The notes under the pieces are model-generated. The model was not told the origin of the DNA. It was given only the letters and a program-made list of their open reading frames with translations, and searched no databases. Made by a program: the position numbers and the translations under genes. From positions 895 through 64,894 of the forward strand of contig JBGSTD010000065.1 of the NCBI GenBank assembly GCA_041736675.1: 64,000 nucleotides of DNA, in the 5' to 3' direction. Below, in pieces: positions 54,813-64,000 of this stretch (positions are counted from its first letter, which is position 1; each line of letters starts with the position of its first letter). This DNA comes from Salaquimonas sp. (GTDB taxonomy: Bacteria; Pseudomonadota; Alphaproteobacteria; Rhizobiales; Rhizobiaceae).

Positions 54813-57279
54813 TTTGAAAGTGGTTCCCGGCAAGGCACGTGCCGTTGTCATTGGCGGCGGAGTGGCCGGTTGTTCAGTGGCCTATCATCTCGCCAAACTG
54901 GGCTGGAAGGATATCGTTCTACTCGAAAGAAAGCAGCTTTGCAGCGGTACAACATGGCATGCCGCCGGCCTTATCGGGCAATTGCGCGCTTCAAAAAACA
55001 TGACGCGCCTAGCAAAATATTCTGCCGAGCTTTACACAAGATTAGAAGCGGAAACAGGTGTGGCTACCGGTTTTCGGCAATGTGGCTCAATCTCTGTAGC
55101 TCTGACCGGCGAGCGGCTTGAAGAGTTGCAGCGCACAGCTTCGATGGCGAGGGCCTTTGGAGTCGATGTTGAGGAAATTTCTCCCCAGGAAATCAAGAAG
55201 CGTTATGAACACATAAATCTCGAGGGCGTCACGGGCGGTGTATGGCTGCCATTGGACGGGCAGGCCGATCCGTCAAACATCGCGTTGGCCATGGCCAAGG
55301 GAGCGCGCCAGATGGGTGCGGAGGTGATTGAAGGTGTCAAGGTCACCGTAGTTCACGATAATGGAAAGCGCGTGACGGGTGTCTCATGGCAACGTGATGG
55401 ATCGGATGAGACCGGGACGATTGATGCAGAATATGTGGTCAATTGCGGCGGACTTTGGGCGCATGAACTTGGTCGCATGTCCGGCGTCAACATCCCTCTT
55501 CAGGCATGTGAGCATTTTTATATCGTTACAGAAGGCATCGCCGGACTGACGCAACTTCCAGTTCTCAGGGTTCCTGACGAGTGCGCCTATTTCAAGGAAG
55601 ATGCGGGCAAAATCCTGCTCGGCGCATTCGAACCAGTGTCGAAGCCATGGCCATCGCGGGAGAGCGGGCAGCGTATTCCCGAAGATTTCTGCTTTGATCA
55701 ATTGCCGGAAGACTTTGATCATTTCCAACCTATCCTCGAGCAGGCTATCAAGCGGATGCCCATGCTCGAAACGGCTGGAATTCACACCTTCTTCAACGGC
55801 CCTGAGAGCTTTACGCCTGATGATGCCTATCATCTGGGCGAAGCACCTGAACTCGAAAACTATTTTGTCTGCGCCGGTTTTAACTCTATTGGTATTCAGT
55901 CTTCCGGCGGGGCAGGCATGGCGCTTGCCCACTGGATGGAATACGGACATCCGCCATTTGATCTGTCAGATGTGGACATTCGCCGGATGCAGCCCTTCAT
56001 GGGCAACAAGACGTTTGTTTATGAACGGGCCAAGGAAACCCTCGGGCTATTGTATGCTGACCATTATCCGTTCCGGCAAAAGGCAACAGCAAGGGGCGTG
56101 CGGCGTACACCCTTCCATGAACATTTAAAAGCCAATGGTGCGGTTTTTGGTGAAACCGCTGGATGGGAACGTGCCAACTGGTATGCCAATGAAGGTCAGG
56201 TGCGCGAATACAAATATTTATGGAAACGGCAGAACTGGTTTGAGAATGCTGCTGCAGAACACAACGCAGTGCGCACCAATATCGGTATGTATGACATGTC
56301 GTCATTCGGCAAGATACGTGTGGACGGGCGTGATGCAGAGGCATTTCTGAACAAGGTTTGCGGAGCGGATATGTCGGTCACCGCAGGCAAGATCGTCTAC
56401 ACGCAATTCCTCAATGAACGCGGCGGTATCGAGGCGGATGTAACCGTTACACGGCTGGGTGAAACCAGCTACATCATCGTGACGCCTGCAGCAACGATGG
56501 TTCGTGAAATGAGCTGGCTCAAACGCCACAAAGGTGAGGCGAATGTTTCTTTCGTCGATGTTACTGCCAATGAAGGCGTTTTGGCGGTGATGGGCCCCAA
56601 TAGCCGCAAGTTGCTTGAGATAGTCGCGCCCTATCATGACTGGAGCAACGAAAACCATCCTTTCGGCATGGCACGACAGATTGAACTCGGTATGGGCCAA
56701 GCTCGGGCGCACCGTGTGTCCTATGTCGGGGAATTGGGATGGGAATTGTATTTTTCCACCGACCAGTGCGGTCATGCTTTCGAAGCGCTGTTCGAGGCAG
56801 GGCAGGGTGTCGGATTGAAGCTGTGCGGCATGCACATGATGGACAGTTGCCGGATAGAGAAGGCATATCGCCATTTCGGACATGATATCACCGAAGAGGA
56901 CCATGTGCTGGAAGCAGGCCTCGGATTTGCGGTGAAGACATCAAAGGCCGATTTTATCGGGCGTGATGCGGTGCTGCGCAAGCGGGACGAGGGGTTGAAT
57001 ACGCGCCTTGTCCAGTTCAGGCTGGTTGAGCCAGAACCTTTGCTTTATCACAATGAACCGGTGATCCGTGACGGGAAAATTGTCAGCAATGTGACGTCTG
57101 CCAATTACGGTCATACACTCGGCGGTGCAATCGCCATGAGCTATATTCCCTGCAAGGGCGAAAAACCGGAAGATGTCATCTCATCGTCCTATGAAATCGA
57201 GATTGCCGGAGTGCGGGTCAAGGCGGAGGCTTCCTTGAAGCCTATGTATGACCCGTCATCTGAAAGGATAAAGGCATGA
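54805..57279 (+). CDS. dimethylglycine/sarcosine dehydrogenase-family protein (FAD plus GcvT domains), paralog 3
   Basis: ATG 54805 has a GGGAG SD and overlaps the upstream gene by 8 nt. Motifs: AVVIGGGVAGCSVAYHLAK, GTTWHAAGL and VSYVGELGWELY. Confidence 0.85.
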   Translation: MSSLKVVPGKARAVVIGGGVAGCSVAYHLAKLGWKDIVLLERKQLCSGTTWHAAGLIGQLRASKNMTRLAKYSAELYTRLEAETGVATGFRQCGSISVALTGERLEELQRTASMARAFGVDVEEISPQEIKKRYEHINLEGVTGGVWLPLDGQADPSNIALAMAKGARQMGAEVIEGVKVTVVHDNGKRVTGVSWQRDGSDETGTIDAEYVVNCGGLWAHELGRMSGVNIPLQACEHFYIVTEGIAGLTQLPVLRVPDECAYFKEDAGKILLGAFEPVSKPWPSRESGQRIPEDFCFDQLPEDFDHFQPILEQAIKRMPMLETAGIHTFFNGPESFTPDDAYHLGEAPELENYFVCAGFNSIGIQSSGGAGMALAHWMEYGHPPFDLSDVDIRRMQPFMGNKTFVYERAKETLGLLYADHYPFRQKATARGVRRTPFHEHLKANGAVFGETAGWERANWYANEGQVREYKYLWKRQNWFENAAAEHNAVRTNIGMYDMSSFGKIRVDGRDAEAFLNKVCGADMSVTAGKIVYTQFLNERGGIEADVTVTRLGETSYIIVTPAATMVREMSWLKRHKGEANVSFVDVTANEGVLAVMGPNSRKLLEIVAPYHDWSNENHPFGMARQIELGMGQARAHRVSYVGELGWELYFSTDQCGHAFEALFEAGQGVGLKLCGMHMMDSCRIEKAYRHFGHDITEEDHVLEAGLGFAVKTSKADFIGRDAVLRKRDEGLNTRLVQFRLVEPEPLLYHNEPVIRDGKIVSNVTSANYGHTLGGAIAMSYIPCKGEKPEDVISSSYEIEIAGVRVKAEASLKPMYDPSSERIKA

Positions 57280-58115
57280 CGCTGGCCGACAGACACAAGC
57301 AGTTTTGGCAACTCCATCAGTCCGGCACCTTCGTCATTCCCAATCCGTGGGACAGAGGCTCGGCACGCATGATGGCGGCACTTGGGGCCAAGGCACTGGC
57401 AACGACAAGCGCTGGATTTGCCTTCACGCTGGGACGTCCTGATATGGGAACCACAACGCGCGAGGAAAACATTGCCCATGCAGAGGCAATCATTTCAGCT
57501 ACCGATCTTCCTGTCAGCGGAGACTTTGAAAACGGATTTGCCGATGATCCTGATGGAGTGGCTGAAACCATTCGTCTTGCAGGGGAGGTTGGGCTTTCAG
57601 GGTGTTCCATCGAAGACACGCAAATGGTTGAGGGCAATCCAGCCTATGGGTTCGAACTTGCAGTTGATCGGATCAAGGCTGGCGTCGACGCAGCGCGCTC
57701 GCTCAACCGTCCATTTGTCCTTTGCGCAAGAGCAGATGGCGTGATGAATGGGGCATATAAAGTAGATGAGGCGATACGGCGCATTCAGGCTTTTGAAGCT
57801 GCCGGGGCTGATCTGCTTTATGTCCCGGTGCCGCCCGGTATCGAAGATCTCAAGAGGATCATTTCATCGGTTTCCAAACCGGTCAATGCTCTGGCAGCCG
57901 GAAAAGTTCGCTCGCTCAGTGTTTCTGAACTGGCGGACCTCGGTGTGCGTCGGATATCGCTTGGCTCACAGATTGCCCGCCTGACACATCGCGCCATTCG
58001 GGATGTGACCATGGAAATGCTCAATGAAGGCAAATTTACAAAACTCGAATATGCGATGTCCGGGGATGAAGTTGACCGACTTCTCCTTTCAGGATCCAAG
58101 GGAGAAAAAGCATGA
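57276..58115 (+). CDS. isocitrate lyase/PEP mutase-superfamily protein (PrpB/oxaloacetate decarboxylase-like)
   Basis: 279 aa. Motifs: PNPWDRGSARMMAALGAKALATTSAGFA, GDFENGF and GCSIED. It has ATGA overlaps on both sides. Confidence 0.7.
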   Translation: MTLADRHKQFWQLHQSGTFVIPNPWDRGSARMMAALGAKALATTSAGFAFTLGRPDMGTTTREENIAHAEAIISATDLPVSGDFENGFADDPDGVAETIRLAGEVGLSGCSIEDTQMVEGNPAYGFELAVDRIKAGVDAARSLNRPFVLCARADGVMNGAYKVDEAIRRIQAFEAAGADLLYVPVPPGIEDLKRIISSVSKPVNALAAGKVRSLSVSELADLGVRRISLGSQIARLTHRAIRDVTMEMLNEGKFTKLEYAMSGDEVDRLLLSGSKGEKA

Positions 58116-59665
58116 GTGAAGCAGCAGTGCGCGGAAGAGCAGCCAGATCCGGAGGCAGGGCAGGCAGACATGCCGTGCGGGCAGCGCCTTTGACAGAGGA
58201 CATCAAACCGATCCGCGGTGGCATGATCGGCGGAACATACAAACCGCTTTCAGACAGCGATGTCTTGCGCATCCATGAAGCTGCGCTGGACGCAATGTGG
58301 CAAATCGGATTTGCCGACGCACCACCGTCAGGCGTCGAGATACTGCTAAAGGCCGGATGTGTTCTTGGTGAAGACAATCGCATCCGGTTTCCGCGATCTG
58401 TAGTCGAGGACATGCTGGCGATTGCAGCAAAAGAGATCACACTGTTTGCCCGTGACCCGAAACATGACCTGCATCTGTCCGGCAAGAAGGTCTATTATGG
58501 CACTGCAGGTGCTGCAGTTTACATGGTGGACCAGGAAAAGAAAGAATACCGCGAATGCACGGTTCAGGATCTCTTCGATTCATCGCGCATCGTCGATGAG
58601 CTGGACAATGTGCACTTTTTTCAGCGAACGATGGTTTGCCGCGATATCACTGACAATTTCGAAATGGACCTCAATACGCTCTATGCGTCATGTGCAGGAA
58701 CACGCAAACATGTTGGCGTTTCGATTTTTGACCCTGAGTATGTCGATGGTTGCTTTGAGTTGTTGCACATGATTGCCGGTGGAGAAGACAAATGGCGTGA
58801 ACGCCCGTTTGTTTCCAACTCCAACTGTTTTGTCGTTCCTCCGATGAAATTTGCGACAGAGAGCTGCAAGGTCATGGAAAAGTGTGTTGAATATGGCATG
58901 CCGATCCTGCTTTTGTCTGCCGGACAGGCAGGCGCTACAGCGCCAGCCTCAATCGCTTTGGCGATTGTTGAGGCAGTGGCCGAATGCCTTGCGGGAATGG
59001 TTTATGTAAATGCGATGAAGCCGGGCCATCCGTGCATCTTTGGAACCTGGCCTTTTGTTTCCGATTTGCGTTCGGGCGCCATGTCAGGAGGGTCCGGAGA
59101 ACAGGCTTTGCTGACGGCAGGATGCGCGCAGATGCACCACTTCTACGGACTGCCAGGAGGCGCTGCAGCGGGTATTGCTGATGCCAAATTGCCTGACATG
59201 CAGGCGGGATGGGAGCAGATGTGTTCGAATGTGATGGCTGGTTTGGCAGGTCTCAACATGGTTTATGAGGCGGTTGGAATGCATGCCTCTCTGCTTGGCT
59301 TCTCGCTGGAATCACTCATTTTGGGAGACGATCTTTTGGGGCAGGCCTTGCGGTGTGTCAGGGGTATTGAGGTTACCGATGAAAGTATTTCCATAGAGGC
59401 GATGAAAAGTGTCTGCATGGGCGGTCCGGGCCATTATCTTGGTAGCGAGCAGACACTGCACCTGATGCAACGGGATTATGTTTATCCTAAAATTGCCGAC
59501 CGTCTGTCACCCAAGGAATGGGCGGAAGTGGGTAAACCCGATCTGGTGCAAAACGCCATCAAGCGTAAACGGCAGATACTGGATGCACCACGCAAGCCGA
59601 TCATTGATCCGGTTACCGATCGGGCGATCAGAGCAAAATTCAATATCCATTTGCCGTTGGCTTGA
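58112..59665 (+). CDS. MttB-superfamily protein without pyrrolysine; candidate quaternary-amine:corrinoid methyltransferase 2
   Basis: The 517-aa ORF is uninterrupted. The Arg/Gly-rich N-terminus reads VRGRAARSGGRAGRHAVRA. No corrinoid protein gene is adjacent. Confidence 0.8.
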   Translation: MSEAAVRGRAARSGGRAGRHAVRAAPLTEDIKPIRGGMIGGTYKPLSDSDVLRIHEAALDAMWQIGFADAPPSGVEILLKAGCVLGEDNRIRFPRSVVEDMLAIAAKEITLFARDPKHDLHLSGKKVYYGTAGAAVYMVDQEKKEYRECTVQDLFDSSRIVDELDNVHFFQRTMVCRDITDNFEMDLNTLYASCAGTRKHVGVSIFDPEYVDGCFELLHMIAGGEDKWRERPFVSNSNCFVVPPMKFATESCKVMEKCVEYGMPILLLSAGQAGATAPASIALAIVEAVAECLAGMVYVNAMKPGHPCIFGTWPFVSDLRSGAMSGGSGEQALLTAGCAQMHHFYGLPGGAAAGIADAKLPDMQAGWEQMCSNVMAGLAGLNMVYEAVGMHASLLGFSLESLILGDDLLGQALRCVRGIEVTDESISIEAMKSVCMGGPGHYLGSEQTLHLMQRDYVYPKIADRLSPKEWAEVGKPDLVQNAIKRKRQILDAPRKPIIDPVTDRAIRAKFNIHLPLA

Positions 59666-59667
59666 TC

Positions 59668-60567
59668 TTATAACCTGCTTCTGAACAAGGTAATTCTCCT
59701 GCGCGGCCCAATTCTTTTTTCCTCGCGCAGGAAGATCAAAATGCCTGACAGTCCTATGATCACCAAGCCTGCAAGGGTGTAAATATCCGGTATCTCGGAA
59801 AAGAAAATCATTCCCAGAATAATGGCCCAAATCATTTGACTATACTGGGTGGGGGCTATGTGGTTTGCCGGTATCATGGAGATGGCGTGAATCATGAAGG
59901 TCAACCCAAGGCCGCTCAGAATGCCACCAGCCAACAGATGCAGCAGGACCTCTCCGGTGGGAAGCACAAAGGTCGCAAGCATGGCAATGCCGTTGAAAAC
60001 CAGGGAATAAAAGAGCACCATGCTCAAGACAGTGATGCGTTTTTCCTGCCCTGAGAGGCTGCGAACAGTCGTGATGGAAATTGCGCCAAAGAACGCACAA
60101 CTCAGTCCGCCGAAATGGGCCAGCTTGATTTCCTGAAATCCCGGGCGCAGAACAATCAGGATGCCAACAAAGCCAAGGAAAACCGCAAACCACCGGCGCC
60201 AGCGAACGTCTTCTCCCAATACCACCTTTGAAATAATCGTAGTAAACGCGGGAACAAGGAAAATCAGTGCATATGCTTCGGCAAGTTCGAGATGGGTGAA
60301 TGCATAAATTGCGCTCAGCCCGCCGAAAAGGCTGGAAAGGCCGCGCAAATGAACAATGCGCTTGTTTTTGATCTTAAAAGCATCGCTCCATTTTTCATCG
60401 CGTGGCTTGCCAAAAATAATGGGTATGCAGGAAAACAGGGTGATGAAAAAGCCGATTTCAAAAACGGTGACCTGCCCGCCGACCGATTTGATGAAGGCAT
60501 CGCTGCATGCGTAAAATGCATAGGATGCCAAGGCAATAAGTATGCCTTTGATAGGGCTCTGGATCAT
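59668..60567 (-). CDS. DMT-superfamily (EamA-like) transporter
   Basis: 299 aa with about 10 TM segments and the two-EamA-repeat pattern. It is convergent with mttB-2 across a 2-nt gap. Confidence 0.75.
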   Translation of the reverse strand: MIQSPIKGILIALASYAFYACSDAFIKSVGGQVTVFEIGFFITLFSCIPIIFGKPRDEKWSDAFKIKNKRIVHLRGLSSLFGGLSAIYAFTHLELAEAYALIFLVPAFTTIISKVVLGEDVRWRRWFAVFLGFVGILIVLRPGFQEIKLAHFGGLSCAFFGAISITTVRSLSGQEKRITVLSMVLFYSLVFNGIAMLATFVLPTGEVLLHLLAGGILSGLGLTFMIHAISMIPANHIAPTQYSQMIWAIILGMIFFSEIPDIYTLAGLVIIGLSGILIFLREEKRIGPRRRITLFRSRL

Positions 60568-60691
60568 GCAAAACTCTTGGATGGGAGGATTTTTGATTCT
60601 TCACGCTTTTGCCTAACACGGATTATTGGCAATCCATATTCCAATTTGGACCATTAGCTGGGTCAGAAAAAGCCTAGCCGGTTAGTTGTCT

Positions 60692-61087
60692 TCAGTTGGT
60701 TGCAAGAAACAGCAGCAGAGCTCCAAGGGCTAACACGAAAATGGCGTAAATTCTGATCACGTTTTCAGTGAAGGGAACAGCTCCAATTACCGCAAAAAAC
60801 GGACGGGCAAAGGCTAGCATCAAAAAACCTTCCACCAGCGCAGCCCAGCCAATCAGGCTGACAATGATTTCGAGAGGTGTTCCCCAGATATCGTGCAGTG
60901 TGATTACAGTTGCGCCAATAGCAAAGGCGAGGATTGAGGCGAGGTAGGTCAATGTCCGGTTTCGTTTAAATTCGTCAATCATGCCTGCAAACCCTTTAGA
61001 ATCGGTCAGCAGACCAATACCTGCAGCCAACATGTAAAGGCCAAGAAAAATTCCAAATATTTGTGTGAGCGTTAAAGAGGCAAGCAT
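60692..61087 (-). CDS. hypothetical small membrane protein
   Basis: ATG 61087 has AGGAGG 8 nt upstream. The 131-aa protein has four hydrophobic segments and lies downstream of betC on the same strand. Confidence 0.5.
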   Translation of the reverse strand: MLASLTLTQIFGIFLGLYMLAAGIGLLTDSKGFAGMIDEFKRNRTLTYLASILAFAIGATVITLHDIWGTPLEIIVSLIGWAALVEGFLMLAFARPFFAVIGAVPFTENVIRIYAIFVLALGALLLFLATN

Positions 61088-61189
61088 CGTATGACCCTCC
61101 TGTTTTTTCCATGAAACTCTATACCAACAATTTGGCAGAATTGCATTGTTCAGGATCAACTGCACCAGCGCTTAAATAGGTGCGGGCTC

Positions 61190-62719
61190 CTACTCGCCCC
61201 GAGGGAACCTTTTGTCACCTTCCAGCGTGTCAAGGTTCATGTGGTTGCGCATATAGGCTTCTGATGCCTTTTTAAGCGGCTGGAAATCCCAGGGATAATA
61301 GGCGCCATTGCGCAGGGCTTCATAGACCACCCAACGGCGCGCCTGGCTCTGACGCACTTCTGCATCAAAGGCTGCCATGTCCCATCGGGAGCGAACCTGT
61401 TTCATGAACTCGGCCACCATTGGCGCGTTGGCCGGATTTTCGGCAAGGTTGGTCAATTCATTTGGATCTGTTGCAAGATCAAACAGTTGCGGCGGGTCCA
61501 ATTCGCAATGGTTGAACTTGTAGTTGCCCTCGCGGATACAAACCAGTGGCGCGTAGCTTGCCTCGGCAGCATATTCGATCAATACCGGACCGGAACGGGC
61601 TCTTGCGGTTCCATTTGCAGGTGCCATCGGCAAGATGCTCTCACCGTCAGTCCAGGGCATGATTTCACTCATGTCTACACCAGCCAGATCGCAAAGGGTT
61701 GGCAGTATATCCACATTGGAAACCGGGGCAGAAATTTTTCCAGGCTGCATTTGGGGAGCGCATATCATCAGCGGCACCCGGGCGGACCCCTCGTAAAAAT
61801 TCATCTTGAACCAAAGTCCGCGCTCACCCAGCATATCGCCATGGTCGGAGCAGAAAACGATTATGGTGTTGTCCAGCTGACGGGTTGCCTCCAAGGTTTC
61901 GATCAACTCGCCAACCTTGTCGTCGAGATAGCTGATATTGGCAAAATAAGCCCGGCGCGAGCGACGAACATGTTCTTCGGTGATGTCAAAATTGTCCCAG
62001 TCACAGGAATGAAAGATACGGGCTGATTGGGGATCGCGCCTGTCCTTTGGCAGGGTATCGACTGCCGGCAACAAATGCTCGCAGTCTTCATAAAGGTCCC
62101 AATACTTGCGCCGCGCCACATAGGGGTCATGCGGATGGGTGAAGGATGCAGTCAGGCACCATGGGCGGTTGTCCATGCCGCGTGCCAGATCATAGATTTT
62201 CATCTTTGCTTCGTGGCAGACATTGTCGTCGTATTCCATCTGGTTGGTAATTTCGGCAACGCCGGCACCTGTTACTGAACCCATATTGTGGTACCACCAG
62301 TCGATGCGTTCGCCGGGTGTGCGGTAGTCGGGGGTCCAACCAAAGGCAGCAGGATAGATGTCAGTGGTGAAACGCTCCTCAAAGCCGTGCAACTGGTCGG
62401 GGCCAACAAAGTGCATTTTTCCCGAAAGTGCAGTGTAATAGCCCGCACGGCGCAAGTGGTGTGCGTAGGTCGGAATGTCGGAGGTGAACTCGGCGGCATT
62501 GTCATACACGCGGGTACGCCGTGGCATTTGACCGGACATGAACGATGCCCGGGCAGGGGCGCAAAGCGGGCTGGAGGTGTAGCAGTTTTCAAAGCGCGTT
62601 GAGCGTGCGCCAAGTTTTTTCAGGTTGGGCGCATGAAGCCAGTCAGCAGGACCATCTGGAAACAGGGTGCCGTTAAGCTGGTCCACCATGATGATCAGGA
62701 TATTCGGTTTTTTATGCAT
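61190..62719 (-). CDS. betC: choline-sulfatase
   Basis: 509 aa. The sulfatase N-terminus reads NILIIMVDQL. The formylglycine motif is CAPAR within SSPLCAPARASFMSG. Length and overall pattern match BetC-type sulfatases. Confidence 0.8.
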   Translation of the reverse strand: MHKKPNILIIMVDQLNGTLFPDGPADWLHAPNLKKLGARSTRFENCYTSSPLCAPARASFMSGQMPRRTRVYDNAAEFTSDIPTYAHHLRRAGYYTALSGKMHFVGPDQLHGFEERFTTDIYPAAFGWTPDYRTPGERIDWWYHNMGSVTGAGVAEITNQMEYDDNVCHEAKMKIYDLARGMDNRPWCLTASFTHPHDPYVARRKYWDLYEDCEHLLPAVDTLPKDRRDPQSARIFHSCDWDNFDITEEHVRRSRRAYFANISYLDDKVGELIETLEATRQLDNTIIVFCSDHGDMLGERGLWFKMNFYEGSARVPLMICAPQMQPGKISAPVSNVDILPTLCDLAGVDMSEIMPWTDGESILPMAPANGTARARSGPVLIEYAAEASYAPLVCIREGNYKFNHCELDPPQLFDLATDPNELTNLAENPANAPMVAEFMKQVRSRWDMAAFDAEVRQSQARRWVVYEALRNGAYYPWDFQPLKKASEAYMRNHMNLDTLEGDKRFPRGE

Positions 62720-62821
62720 TTTGAATCCCTTGCGCCATTTTTTTCAAAAATAGAGTCAGGCGGAAAAAACTGGTGTTCGGCTCGCGCCATTGGTTGGCGC
62801 AACCCGATTTTGCGAAGCGAT

Positions 62822-63610
62822 TCAGTTTTCCGGCATCCATTTTGCCTTTCGTTTCTCGACAAATGCGAGTGTCCCTTCAGCACCTTCTTTTCCGGTTACC
62901 GCATCAACAAACAGATTTGCCGCATGTTCCACCAGTGTATCTGAATGCAGAAAACGTGCATCGCGCAGGAGTTTCTTCGAGACGGCAACAGCTTCGGGCG
63001 CACATCGCAAAGCATGGTCGATCACCTCTTTGATATCCTCGTCGAGTTCATCGGTGACCGCGTGTACAAGCCCAATACGCATGGCTTCTTCCGCACCAAT
63101 GCGGGCTCCAGTCACAGTAAGGCGTTTTGCCTGGCTGTATCCGATACGCTCCAGCAATACGGGAGCGATCTGGGCCGGGATGAGGCCGAGCGTTGTTTCG
63201 GGAAGACCGAATTTGACAGTATGGGATGCTATTGCGATATCCGATGCACAGGCAAGACCAAAGCCGCCGCCCATTACTGCGCCCTCAAGGGCGGTGATTA
63301 CAGTCTTGGGTGTTGTTGCAAAGCGGGCAACCATTGCGCCGAAACCACACGAAAGCTGGTAAATTGCCTTGGCGGGATCGGCAGCCTTGCGTGCGGCTGC
63401 CATATCCTTGATGTCTGCGCCCGCAGAAAAATTTCCTTCTGCGCCGCGTACCACAATAATGCGGACGGATGCGTCTGCCTCGGCTTTGTCCAGTGCGCCT
63501 ACCAGTTGATCCAGCAGGGCGAGTGACATGGCATTCTTGACCTCGGGCCTGTTGAGCGTAAGGTGCAGAACGCCGTTTTCAAGATCAGTCAGAATGAGAG
63601 ATTTAGCCAT
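62822..63610 (-). CDS. enoyl-CoA hydratase/isomerase family protein
   Basis: 262 aa with the crotonase fold (VVRGAEGNFSAGADIKDM, ALEGAVMGGGFGLACASD). Confidence 0.8.
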   Translation of the reverse strand: MAKSLILTDLENGVLHLTLNRPEVKNAMSLALLDQLVGALDKAEADASVRIIVVRGAEGNFSAGADIKDMAAARKAADPAKAIYQLSCGFGAMVARFATTPKTVITALEGAVMGGGFGLACASDIAIASHTVKFGLPETTLGLIPAQIAPVLLERIGYSQAKRLTVTGARIGAEEAMRIGLVHAVTDELDEDIKEVIDHALRCAPEAVAVSKKLLRDARFLHSDTLVEHAANLFVDAVTGKEGAEGTLAFVEKRKAKWMPEN

Positions 63611-63631
63611 ATTGTGCCTGTCGGGGTTGGT

Positions 63632-64000
63632 TCAGGATTTTTGGATGGAAAGCGCAAAACGGCGAATTTTCTCGCATGCTCGTGCAAGGTCTTCGTCTGA
63701 TATCGTGAAAGCAATCCGGATACAGCCATCGGCAGAGGCGCCGAAAGGTTTTGCATCAAGAACCGTGACCTTTTCAGCGTCATACAGCGCGTTGGCAAAT
63801 TCGCCTGACGTCAGGCCGGTGGCGCTGACGTCCAGAAGCACATACATGGCGCCTTCAGGCTCTATTGGCGAAATGCCCGGCGTATTTGCAAGGCCTTCGA
63901 GGACAATATTCTTGCGGCGGCGATAAATCTCCCGCATTTCAACGACTTCGGCCTTGCAGTCGCGAACAGCAGTAATTGCCGCTCTTTGAATGAAAGCAGA
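63632..64000 (-). CDS. class I/II pyridoxal-phosphate-dependent aminotransferase, 3' fragment (gene starts beyond the window end)
   Basis: The C-terminal aminotransferase region reads PEGAMYVLLDVS...CIRIAFTISDEDL. The frame stays open upstream to position 64000. Confidence 0.6.
   Translation of the reverse strand, partial: SAFIQRAAITAVRDCKAEVVEMREIYRRRKNIVLEGLANTPGISPIEPEGAMYVLLDVSATGLTSGEFANALYDAEKVTVLDAKPFGASADGCIRIAFTISDEDLARACEKIRRFALSIQKS

Noticed and set aside
1-64000. CRISPR arrays, tRNA/rRNA genes, IS elements, integrases, toxin-antitoxin or phage-defence genes
   Set aside because: My by-eye scan found no spaced direct repeats, no tRNA-like T-arm or acceptor patterns, no transposase or integrase-like ORFs, and no terminal inverted repeats. 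The window looks like core or metabolic-island chromosome.

Overview
This is a 64-kb chromosomal segment that looks like a Rhizobiales/Hyphomicrobiales-type alphaproteobacterium. That call rests on the complete acpXL-fabZXL-fabF2XL-fabF1XL-adhA2XL-lpxXL lipid A very-long-chain fatty acid cluster; GC looks moderate by eye but was not counted. I support about 59 CDS. I found no rRNA, tRNA, CRISPR array, IS element or prophage.

The dominant theme is methylated-amine and one-carbon metabolism:
- three dimethylglycine/sarcosine-dehydrogenase-family genes (FAD domain fused to a GcvT domain)
- two MttB-superfamily methyltransferases with no in-frame amber codon
- one corrinoid protein, a pterin-binding methyl-THF:corrinoid methyltransferase and a RamA/RACo-type reductive activase
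- an acetogen-type MetF/MetV pair
- two homocysteine S-methyltransferase-family genes
- choline sulfatase
- two GlxA/GbdR-type AraC regulators and an XRE-cupin regulator
- two peptide/opine-type ABC importers

The most interesting locus is 22.0-34.7 kb. It holds a complete corrinoid-dependent demethylation module, a chemistry characterised so far in strict anaerobes, plus unexplained accessory genes (two MaoC-like, DUF1638, Ldh2-family, a QueG/RdhA-like Fe-S protein).

Signals read directly from the sequence:
1. Five proteins expected to dock on the corrinoid protein carry Arg/Gly-rich terminal tails, and the corrinoid protein has an acidic N-terminus.
2. A 20-bp AT-rich palindrome, identical at 19 of 20 positions, sits 15-16 nt upstream of two methyltransferase start codons.
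3. A CAAACAGATAT/TTGATATCTGTTTG motif recurs in three promoter regions.
4. A second, translationally coupled operon (50.7-59.7 kb) contains a second MttB but no corrinoid protein of its own.
5. FabF2XL lacks the Cys-His-His catalytic triad.
6. An ABC ATPase carries a low-complexity linker and a helix-hairpin-helix-like C-terminal module.

All functional calls come from reading motifs by eye; no database search was possible.
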